From assembly GCA_016748015.1 (NCBI GenBank), contig JAAOMT010000226.1, forward strand, positions 1,222,604-1,286,603: a DNA stretch of 64,000 bases. Reading direction: 5' to 3'. The first letter of the stretch is position 1, and every line of letters begins with the position of its first letter. Position numbers and translations under genes: made by a program. The notes under the pieces were generated by a model, which had not been told where the DNA came from, ran no database searches, and was given only the letters and a program-made list of their open reading frames with translations. The stretch comes from Geosiphon pyriformis uo1 (Eukaryota > Fungi > Glomeromycota). Of this stretch, positions 1-11,057 are shown piece after piece.

Positions 1-3000
1 CTTAATAAAAAATTTCAAGTTTTTGGGTTTTTCAGTTTAAATTTGTATTGGTTTTAAAAAATTAATTGTTTTTAACAAGAGTTTAATATTGGAATACATT
101 TATAATAAAGATTTTAATTAAAATAATAATTATATTAATTATAAAAAAAAATTGTTAATTTTTTTTATAGAAGTTTTTTTTATTCTATTAGCAATAACAA
201 TTATTGTTTAAACTAATTTGTCAATATTTTATTTTAACTTTTACATCAATTAATAAATAATAATACTTTTAGTAAAATAAATTTTTCTTTGACTTTTACT
301 TCTATGTACATAATAATAATTGCTTTTTTGTTTAAAAATAATTGTATTACTAAGTAAAAATGGAAATTTATTGGCTTTAAATTCGAATAAAAATATATTT
401 AAAATATTGGTATTTTTAGTTATTTTGGTTAATAAAATTGTTATGTTATTGTAAAAAAATTTTTGCTATTGTATTGTAATTCTATTTTTTAAGAATACAA
501 TTTGGTAAAAATTTTGATTTTCTGATATTGTAAGATAACTGAATTAAATATAGAAGTGTTTTGATAATTGTTAATTATTATTATAAAACACTAATTAATT
601 GTTAAAACCAATTTGGTTATTATTTAATTAAAAACAATTTTGCAGTATAAATTAATTGAATTGGATTAATTTTTTTGTTAATAATTAATAATTTAATATT
701 AAAGATAACTGATATTGTTGTTATTAAAATTGGAATAAAACATATTAATAGTAATTAAACTAAAGTCTTAAAAAATAATAAGTAAATAGTAATAGTAATA
801 AATAATATAATTGCTACTATTAGAGAAAATAATATTGATTATTCTGTTTTTGTTAATTTTTTGGCATTTTTCGACAATTATATTACCAGTGTTCTAAAAT
901 TCCACAATAATAACAATTTAAATTTGGTAATTGATTGTTGTTAAATAATAGTAAAATATTATTTAAATTTTATTATTATAATAGTTAATACTTTTGTTGT
1001 TAATTAACAAATTTGGTTTAGTTTGTTTCTTTTATAGTTATTTTATAATTTTTAATATATTAAATAATAGTAGTTAAATTTGCTAAAATATATTCTTAAT
1101 AAATTTATTTTTAAGTTTAATAATAAATTAATTCAAAATTTAAATATTAAAATAATAAGTATTTGTTTTTAATTGGCAAATTTTTTTGAAAAGTTTGTTG
1201 AATTTTTCAATATAAGCTATAACAGATTTAGATAATTTTTGTTTAATGTTTTAAAAATAATTGCAGAAAATAATTAAGATATTGTTATTTGTAAATTGCT
1301 TAAAAAAGGCAATTTTAAAGATTTGTTAATCTGTAAAAAAATTTTCTAAGTTTTTAAATTATTTGTTTACAATTTTTTAAAAAGATAAGAAATTATTTTT
1401 AATATTTTTGCTGTAGTTTATTCATTTGTATTTTTTGTTTTGATAACTTAATTAAACTATTCTTAAAAACTAATTTCAATGTTTTTTTCAAAAAAATCAG
1501 AAATTTTTGTAATATAAGTAGTGACTATTTTTTTGTTATTTTTTTTATTGTCTGTAATTTTTCTTTATTTTTATTTTTTTTCTAATAAATTCAGAAATGT
1601 TTTTTTTGTTGGCTAAAATTTCTAAATATTTATTTTAATTATCTGTTAAATAATTAAGAAAATTAATATTTGTATAAATTAGCTTTAACTATTAAATAAG
1701 ATTTTTTGTAAAGTTTTTTAGTCTTGAAAATTAATTAAGAAATAAATTAGATGTTTGTATTTAAACAAATAAATTTGAAAATAGAATAATTAAAAATAAT
1801 AATTTAATATTTGTTCTTTATTTAAATGTTTATAAGTATTTAGTTGTTATTTTTAGTTAAATTAGTCTGGTATTTCTTTTTTGTTTTTTTTTGCTACTTG
1901 TTTCTAGTTTTAATTTTAGTTCAAAAATAAATTGTAAATTAGCAAAATATTTTTTTTACAAAACTTAATCATATTATAATCAAGTTTTTAGAAATAAGTA
2001 ATACAAGTATTTGTATTAATAGTTTTTAATTTTGTGTTTAAATAATAAATTAAGTTTTTAAGAAAATTTTGTTTAACTTTTATAATATTGTAATTTCTAA
2101 AGAAATAATTATTAATTTGGTTTTTAATATATAAAAAAAGTGTTTTTTTAATAATTATAATTCTATCTTGTATTTCAAAGTATTATTTACAGTAAGTATA
2201 AATTAATTAATAATACTTTAAAGTTATTATATTAATATATAATTATTATTTTAATATAATTATTGCTATGTTATTTTTAAAAAAGCACCAAATATTATCA
2301 GAAATTTTTCTATTTTTTTTGATATTATTAATATTATTTTGCTATTAATAAAAGCTAATAAATCTTCAATAAGTTAATTTATCTTTCAAAATATTTTTCT
2401 ATACTTTAAACTATATATACTGTTAAGTTTATAATAAAATAGTTAATTTTATGCCAATTATTTTTATATAATTACTTTATAGTAAAAGTTAACTCTTTTA
2501 CAAAAAAAATTTATCTATAAGCTCTTTAAATAATATGTAGTTATTTTGTTATAAAGGTCAACTTTTCTACAAAAAATTTTAATTATAAACTACTTTAATA
2601 TTATAAATAAAATAAAAATAAAAAATGTATTTAAAGAATTATTTTAGATTCAAATCTAAAAATTACTAACAATTTATTGAAATTAGTAGTTAATTAATTT
2701 CAAAATATTAATATAAAATAATTAATTTTAAAATAATAATAATTAAAAAATTGTGTTTTTAAAATAAGTTTTATTAAAATAATTTATAATAACAAATTGT
2801 TAATTTTAAGAAAAATTAATTCTAATTAAAATACATTTTTTGAAAAAAAAAAGTTTTTTTTATATAATTTGTTGTAATACTATTTTATGATCTAGTATTT
2901 TTTTTTCTAATATTTTAATAAACCAAAGATATATTTTATTAAACTATAAGTTATTTTTATAAACTATAAATTATTTTGGTAAATTGTTAAATATTTTGTT

Positions 3001-3230
3001 GAATTTTTAAATATTTCAGCAAATTTTGAATATTATATAGTTTGGTATATTATATAATCTAATTATTACAATTTGGTTATATTTGTATTTTATACAAATT
3101 AAGTTATTAATTGAATAATAATTTGGATAATTTGATAAGATAATAAATAATAAATTAAAATAATAATATCTGTTAATTACTAATAAAATAATTTTATGCT
3201 AATTAATAATTCAAATTTTTACTGGTAATA
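1..3230 (-). mobile_element. Hyper-decayed Ty3/Gypsy family-B copy (protease, gag, PBS, 5' LTR); continues left of the window
   Basis: Colinear with family B at 56300-59685, e.g. 10-60 matches 56310-56360 and 1140-1215 matches 57560-57640. PBS remnant AGCACCAAA at 2284-2292 lies next to the decayed LTR end TATTATCAGA. Confidence 0.8.
2293..3230 (-). repeat. Decayed family-B LTR
   Basis: Termini TATTATCAGA...ACTGGTAATA are transition-decayed TGTTACCAGA...ACTGGTAACA; colinear with 58715-59685. Confidence 0.8.
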
Positions 3231-3682
3231 ATATATTGATTTTAATAATAATAATTAATACCAAATTTTGTGAAATTTTATTTAATTTAATCAATATTTT
3301 ATGTGTTTTTAATTATAATATCTTAGATATTATTAATGTTTTAATATAATATAGTTTAAGTTAATTATTATACTGCTTTGATTAAAATTTTGTTTTTTAG
3401 TTATAACTTATATGTTTTATTTTTAAGTTTTTCTTTAATATAAAATTGTTTGTTTTATTTTAAATTAAATTTTTTATTCTATTGTATCTTTATTTTTATA
3501 TTAATATAATAGTATTTTGTTTCTAATCTTAAATTTAGTTAGTTTGTTTAATAATTAACTATTATGTTTTTTTTGTTTTTTTTATTAGTAATGTTATTAT
3601 TTTTTTATATACTAATTCAAATAATATTATTTAAATAGTATTTTGTTTTATTGTTTAATAAGCAAATAACATAAATAATATA

Positions 3683-4962
3683 TGATGGAGTTGCAAGCTA
3701 TTGCACTGGCTCTAAAGAGTATCCCTTTACTGAGCTCTGTTAAATTGTTTTTGGATAGTCAATCTGCATTGGATGTCTATAAGTCTGAATTAAGTCTGAT
3801 ATGTTCTGACTTTCGTAATCAGTGTTGGGTCAAACATTGTCATATTGTCAATATTATTCACAGTAAAAATTTGAAGGTCAGCTGGCATAAGGTTAAAGGC
3901 CACTCTGGTGTTTCAGAAAATAAATGCACTGATGTGATTGCTAATAATGCTTCTCTCTCTAATTGGTATCTTTCTCTCTGCTTGGATGAACACTTTATAA
4001 TGGCTGGTAGTAATGTGGTTTCTGGTAATTCCAGACACTTTGTACATGATATTTATTGTTCAGTCTGTTGTGTGCACTAGGAGGTTGGTTCTGGTTCTAA
4101 GTTTTTGGCAGGCAGTTTGCTTTCTGAGGTTGACTGGCTCCATTTTTCTTTGGTTTGACACTCTGACTTGCACATGGCTGCTGGTTTTACCAGTAGACCC
4201 TCAGCTAATGCACACACTTATTTTATGAAGGCTTTGCACTACTGGCTGCTAGTTGCCATTCAGAAGTGCCTGTATATCTGAGTGTATTATGCTTATATTG
4301 TGACAATGTGGAGGTATCGGATTATATGTTTTCTTGCAAGATTGATAATTCTGTCCAATATCAGTTGTTGAAATTCTATGTGGACTCCTAGAAGGCAGTT
4401 TCTGGTCTCTCTCATTTTTTTTTGGATATACTACAACTGTTGTCTTCATGTGTTTTTAACTCCTCTTTGTTTATGGCTTTTTATAAGGATTTTGTTTTTA
4501 ATGATTGGTTTCACAAGGTGGTCACTGTCTTTCAAGATCCCAAGGTTGCTGGTTTAGAGATTGTCAAATTTGTGCACTCTCTTAGTCTTGATTTTAGATA
4601 TAATGTCTGGTCTGTTCATGCTAAACATTATGCTTTTATGGAGAAGAATGGATTGATTCTCCTCAACAGTTCAGTTCCCATCTCAGTTTCTGGTTTGGTC
4701 TCAGAGTTGTTAGCTGGGATGGTTAAATTGCTTGACATTGCTGATGCTTTTGGTGTTTGTTTTGGCTTTTGCAAATCTTGTTTGTTTTTTTCAGATGTAA
4801 GTGACTCAGTTTCAGTTTACATAGCTGCGTAGTGTTGTTCTAATCGGTTTGAGTGGCTGGTTACATGTAGAAAATACATGATTCATGCCTAGTTTAGATC
4901 ATTTCTTTGATATATAGCACTAGGTAGTGTTTAGACCTCACTTGTAAAGCAAATAAAAAAAT
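3683..4962 (+). mobile_element. 5'-truncated LINE 3' end: RNase H domain, C-terminal Cys/His region, 3' UTR, A-rich tail
   Basis: ORF 3682-4080 has RNase H motifs ELQAIALAL / FLDSQSAL / WHKVKGHSG..N. ORF2 stop at 4832, then a 3' tail shared with the other LINEs in the window, then AAATAAAAAAAT. Confidence 0.85.
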
Positions 4963-7340
4963 AATAATATAAATAAATCTTATTTTTTTTAATTTTTTTA
5001 ATTGATTTTGGTTAATATTTTATATAATATTTTATTAAATCTTTTAACTAAATTATTTGTTTATAGATAATATAATAATAATAATGGTTTTTTTACTCTA
5101 AATTTTTGGCTTAATTTTGTTAATGTTTTGTTAACAAAATAAGTTTTTTGATCTAATAATAGTTTTTTTGAACATTTATGTTAATATATTAAGTTTTAAG
5201 AAATAAATTTTGTTGTTGTTTTAATATTAACTTTTTAGATAACTTTGGTTTTAATTATTTGGTAAAATAGTTTATAATAATAATAATATATCTATTGCTT
5301 TTAGTTGTTATTAATAATAACTAAGTTAATTTTAATTTGATCAAATAATTGTTTTATTTTAATTGGTCTTAATAGCTTATTTGACATTTTTTTTTTGGCA
5401 TATGTTATAGTTTTAAATATATTGTTTTATATTTAAATATATTATTAGCAAATAATATAATTTTTTCGTTTTTTTAGTATTAATTTTCAATTAAAATGTT
5501 TTAATATTAGATTTAAATACATGTTGAATAATATTATTTCTTTTTATTATTTTTTTATTATCTTTAATAAACTATTTAGATTTTATTGATTTTTTTTAAT
5601 AAAATATATTTTAGTAATTAAAATAATATTTAATTTGTTAATATATTTTATTTTGTTTATTTTAAGATAATTTTTTCTTGAACTATTTAGTAATAATATA
5701 ATATAATATTTTTTAATATTTTTTATTATTTATTTTATTGTTTTGTTGTTGTTTTTATTTTTATAACTGTCTTATTTATAATAAACTATTAGTATTTTTA
5801 TTCATTTTTTTTTTATAATGTATTTTGTATTTAAAAAGTAAAAAAACTGTTTTTTAATTATTAATTTTATTGTTGATTAGTTTTTTTTAATAGTAATATT
5901 AATTTTTTATGGTTAGTATAGACATTAAATTTTTGGTATAAGTTTTTTTATTTAATAATAACTTAATAGATTATTAAGTATTTTAATGTTAAAATTTTAT
6001 AAATTTTTTAGTTGAATTTAAGCTTTAACTAATATATATTATTAAATGCTCTTATTTATTTGATTTGTATTTTAATAATATTGTTTTTAGTATATATTAG
6101 AAATATTTATAGTAATTATAAATTGTTTGCTATAATTTAAATAAATTAAAACTGGTATTTGTATTAATTTTTGTCTAAATGTTTTAAAAATCTGTAAGCA
6201 ATTACAAAAATAGCTTTAAAAAAAACTTTATTACTATAAATAAATTTTAAATTAATCATTAAAAAAAATACATAAATATATATAATAATTAAAATTTAAG
6301 AAATAATTTATATTATAACATTAAAAAAATGTTTTTAGTATAATATTAATATTATTATACAAATAAAATTAAAAAACTTATAAAAGATTGATTATAATAA
6401 AAATAAAAATATTAATAATTAATATATTAAGAAAATGCTTTTATAATAATACATATTTTAAGACTGTGTTTTTTTTTATTTACTTAAATTTATTAAAATT
6501 GTTATATATTTTATTTTAAAAACTATATATATTTTTTTTATTATGTTTTAACTAAGTGTGCCCAAACACTATCTAATACTATACGTCATTAAGAGATTAC
6601 AAATTAGATGTGAATTATGCATTTTCTACATGTAACAAACCATTTAAGTCAGTTAAAGCATTAACTAAGCTGAAACAATAGAAGGTGAAAATAATTCCAA
6701 CTCACAAATTTTTTTAATTACACCATTCAGATTCCTAGAATCAAAAATAAACTCACTAAGAAATAATCTAGTAAATTCAACACTACTCCTAATCTCAGCA
6801 TCTGACATCTGCCACAAAGCAATAACACGCTTAACAGTGTCTTTACTCAAAAGAAAAGGTTTGGTGGTCTGCATATCATCATAATCCATGCCACCAAAGT
6901 CAACTTCAGATTTAAGACAAGCAATGTCCTTAGACACACCAACCAAAAGATTGGCAAAATTGTTAAAAGCATATTTCATAGAAAGGAAATCTTTTTCTAA
7001 CTGAACAGTCTTGACAGCATTATTATCAAGGAAATGAGATACCAAGGCAACCAAAGAGCCAACACGCTCAACAATAAACTTTACCAAAGCAGCCAAATCC
7101 AAAATTTGCTTTTCCAAAGAGTCCAATCTAGACCCAACAGCAGGATCAACAACAGCTACAGAAGGGGCGGAAGCCACCAAAGGAGGAAATTCAGACATAA
7201 CAGGAGGAGCAGATGCCTTAGCATAAGACAAAGAACCAACAAAACGTGGTTTGAACACTTTGGGCATTTTAGGAAAGAGAGATGAAGCAACTTTACAGTC
7301 TATAGCCAAGTAACCTGTTTTTTGACACCAAAAACAACGC

Positions 7341-8002
7341 TGTTACGGGATAGTTTTCTTGTTATATTTAATTGCTGATATCCCACTTTAATTGCAATCA
7401 GTCTTCCGTGAGTTCCTCAATTTTATTTGTGTGATAATGTCACTGTTACACTGAAAGCTTTCTTTTTACTATTGCGATGTAAGTTATTCTTTAATTCTTG
7501 ATTGTTGTGTGTGTTTATGTACTCCTTCTCAGAGACTGAACTGAAATCTACCCACTGTCTGGGGTCTTCTCTGAGGCTATCCTTGCAATTGCCTGATGTG
7601 TTTTTCTAATTTAGAAACACAGAATGTTAATGGTCTTTAGCACTTTTCTAATTCTCACAATAAAGCTTTTATCAATTAGTAACAATGTGAATAATCTTGA
7701 TCAAGGATTATTCTTCCAAGGGATTCAGTTGATGAATGATAGTTTCATTCAATAAATAATACAAGTAAGTTTCTTAATACTTTGGGTTGTGATAGTTCCG
7801 TTTTAAATATTTTTTTTCATTTCTTTTTGATTTTTAAAGGTTTCTTGGGATATTTAATTTGAAAATATGATTTAAAGTGGAGTTTGTTGGATAAAATTGG
7901 ATCTGTTGCTTGATAAGTTATGATTTTTATTACTTGATTGATTATTTCCCAATATTAAAACTACTGTATATATACATGTTTGTAGTTCTATGAGAAAATA
8001 CT
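7341..8002 (-). repeat. Family A 3' LTR (inner end lost in N-gap)
   Basis: Near-identical to 16980-17580; PPT remnant CTTGAAAGGAG (minus strand) at 8023-8033. Confidence 0.9.
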
Positions 8003-8028
8003 NNNNNNNNNNNNNNNNNNNNCTCCTT

Positions 8029-9727
8029 TCAAGATTGAGCTCCATCGAAATCGAAGTTAATTTCTTCATTAAATTCTAAGTTACTATAGTGGTTCAATAC
8101 TGTGTTATTAATTTGTTGTTGTAATTCTTGAAATTACGAGTTGGTAAGTCATCTAATATTGTTGGTTGTTATTATGTTCATAGTTGGGTCCAACAATAAT
8201 TTGTGACAGTTTTCAAATGCTTTGAAAATTCTGTAAACTGTTTTTGAATGGAATGTAGTGTTGGTTTTTCCAATGAAAGGTTCTAATAGTTGGATAGTTG
8301 TTTTGTCAAACACTCTAGTTGAGTCTTTTGAGTATAATGTTTATATGTTCAAGTGCTTTCCTAGTTGATAATAACAGTAATTAATTGGAAATTTTGTTTT
8401 CAAGTTGCTAAATGTGTCTGGTGTTAATTCACTTATTTCTATTTCTTCCATTATTAATGTATTGCCCAATGCTATCTCTAATTTTTCAATAACTTTGCTA
8501 ATAAATTTGTTGTTATATTTGGCAATATTATATGGTTTGAAATTATGTTTTTTTCTTGTTTTTGGATTTTCTNNNNNNNNNNNNNNNNNNNNCCATTCTT
8601 TTTCATGTTTGTTACTAATTTTCGCCAGTGATTCGCATAATGTGCGATTAAATCTTTCAACTAATCCATTTGTTTGAGGGTGGTATGGTGATGACAGTGG
8701 TCGCTTGATTCCAAATTTTTGGCTAAGTTCTTTTAAGGTGCTGTTTATGAAGTGTGTGCCTTGATCTGATAGCAATTCTTGTGGACATCCATGTCAGCAA
8801 ATTAAGTCTTCATGTACAAATTGAGCTACGGAAATAGCATCAGCTGTTTTAATAGCTCTAGCTTCTGGCCATTTGGTGAGATAGTCCATGGTTACTGTAA
8901 TATAATGGTTGTTTCTTGTTGTTATTGGTAAGAGTCCAACTAAATCAATTCTGATTCTGTCAAATGGCTGTCCAACTTTTATTGGTCTTAATAATTCCGT
9001 TGTTTTTGCTTCTCTTCTTCATTGGCATGGATCACAATTTCTTATGTATTGGATTATGTCTGAACTCATTTTTGGCCAATAGTAACGGCTAGTTGCACGT
9101 TGGATGGTTGCTGTTTTTCCAAAGTGGCCTGAATGAATATCTGAGTGCATGTTAAATAAGATAGTTTCTTTTTCATCCGTGGTTATAACTCTTAATGGAT
9201 TATCTGGATTTTGTCGATTCCAGTAATAAAGTATGTGATTTTGGATGAAATAGTGTTTTGCTAATTTTTGGAGCTTAATTAGCTCTTTTACTGGCATTTC
9301 TTCGTCTATTTGTAGTGTTTCCAAGTATTGGCTGAGGTTTTTATAAAGGTGGTTGTTCATTGTTGTTGTGGCAGGTGGGTTGGTGATTTTTTTTTTTTTT
9401 TTTNNNNNNNNNNNNNNNNNNNNTGAAAGGTTCTAATAGTTGGATAGTTGTTTTGTCAAACACTCTAGTTGAGTCTTTTGAGTATAATGTATTGCCCAAT
9501 GCTATCTCTAATTTTTCAATAACTTTGCTAATAAATTTGTTGTTATATTTGGCAATATTATATGGTTTGAAATTATGTTTTTTTCTTGTTTTTGGATTTT
9601 CTATTGTTTTTTTTATGTATGTTATTTTGGAGCTATTAACTGTGATTTTTAGATCGGATTTTAATTGTTGTAAGCTTTCAACTAATTGTTGAGTTATATT
9701 GTTGATGTTTTCTGGAATAAGTATCAT
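8029..9727 (-). pseudogene. Family A ORF3 of unknown function between IN and PPT (pieced together across gaps)
   Basis: MILIPENINNITQQLVESL..YYQLGKHL..KTVYRIFKAFENC..IR*LTNS*FQELQQQI..FDFDGAQS*; homologous to 50785-51438. Confidence 0.7.
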
Positions 9728-11016
9728 TGTTTTAATTTTGACTGTTATTTTGGAATCTTTTGCATGCGTTTTTATGGTTGTTAAATCATTTTTGCTGTGA
9801 TCTAAGATTAATTATCTTTTTGAATAATGTTCAATTAAAACTATTGGTTCTAAATCTCGTGGAATTTGTTCTGGTAGAATTAAAGATAATTGTGTTCCAA
9901 TTCTGGGTGTTTTTGTTGTTATTACTGGTTTACTGTAATAGAATTTCAGCCAGTTACCATGTGCTGCTTTTCTTAATATTTTATCATCTAGTCTTAGCTT
10001 GTATGCTCCATTTCCAAGTATTTTGTGAATATAAAATGGTCCATTTCACTTGTGATCAAATTTTCCACTCCACTGTTTTTCCATTTTTGTACGATGCAAC
10101 AATACTTTATCTCCAATTTTGTAGCTAATTATATTATTTGGTAACTGGTTATCATGTCTCACTTTTTGTTGTTCTTGTGATTGTTCAATATTTTGTGCTG
10201 CTTTTCTTCTTTTGTTTTCTAAAGTTCCCATTAATTCGTATGTTCTTCTAAGTAGTGTTTCCTGGAATGTTGCTTCCGTGATAGTGTCACTTGGATAAGT
10301 TGGAATAGTAAGTTCAACAGGTAATGTGGCTTTTCTTCTATAAACTAGTTCAAACAGTGTGAATTGTGTAATATCTTGTTTTACTGTTCTATATACTAGT
10401 AGTACTGCTGGTATGAACAAATCCCATTCTTTTTCATGTTTGTTACTAATTTTCGCCAGTGATTCGCATAATGTGCGATTAAATCTTTCAACTAATCCAT
10501 TTGTTTGAGGGTGGTATGGTGATGACAGTGGTCGCTTGATTCCAAATTTTTGGCTAAGTTCTTTTAAGGTGCTGTTTATGAAGTGTGTGCCTTGATCTGA
10601 TAGCAATTCTTGTGGACATCCATGTCAGCAAATTAAGTCTTCATGTACNNNNNNNNNNNNNNNNNNNNGTTACCATGTGCTGCTTTTCTTAATATTTTAT
10701 CATCTAGTCTTAGCTTGTATGCTCCATTTCCAAGTATTTTGTGAATATAAAATGGTCCATCCCACTTGTGATCAAATTTTCCACTCCACTGTTTTTCCAT
10801 TTTTGTACGATGCAACAATACTTTATCTCCAATTTTGTAGCTAATTATATTATTTGGTAACTGGTTATCATGTCTCATTTTTTGTTGTTCTTGTGATTGT
10901 TCAATATTTTGTGCTGCTTTTCTTCTTTTGTTTTTTAAAGTTTTTATTAATTCATATGTTTTTCTAAGTAGTGTTTCCAAGTATTGGCTGAGGTTTTTAT
11001 AAAGGTGGTTGTTCAT
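8593..11016 (-). pseudogene. Family A integrase (HHCC, DDE, GPF module; no chromodomain), in duplicated fragments between N-gaps
   Basis: HSDIHSGHFG..CDPCQ; IDLVG; SDQGTHF; PYHPQTNGLVERFNRTL; KWDGPFYI. Confidence 0.88.
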
Positions 11017-11057
11017 TGTTGTTGTGGCAGGTGGGTTGGTGATTTTTTTTTTTTTTT

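Noticed and set aside
3674-4971. 9-bp TSD AATAATATA around the LINE fragment
   Set aside because: Plausible but expected by chance in such AT-rich flanks.
4965-6530. AT-rich stretch (also 3231-3680, 24300-24790, 32600-33050) as possible organellar DNA or centromere
   Set aside because: No organellar genes or satellite unit; most likely terminally decayed repeats that I could not assign.
8003-11050. Apparent tandem duplications of integrase and ORF3
   Set aside because: Copies abut 20-N gaps and overlap near-identically; best explained as unmerged contigs of a multicopy element.
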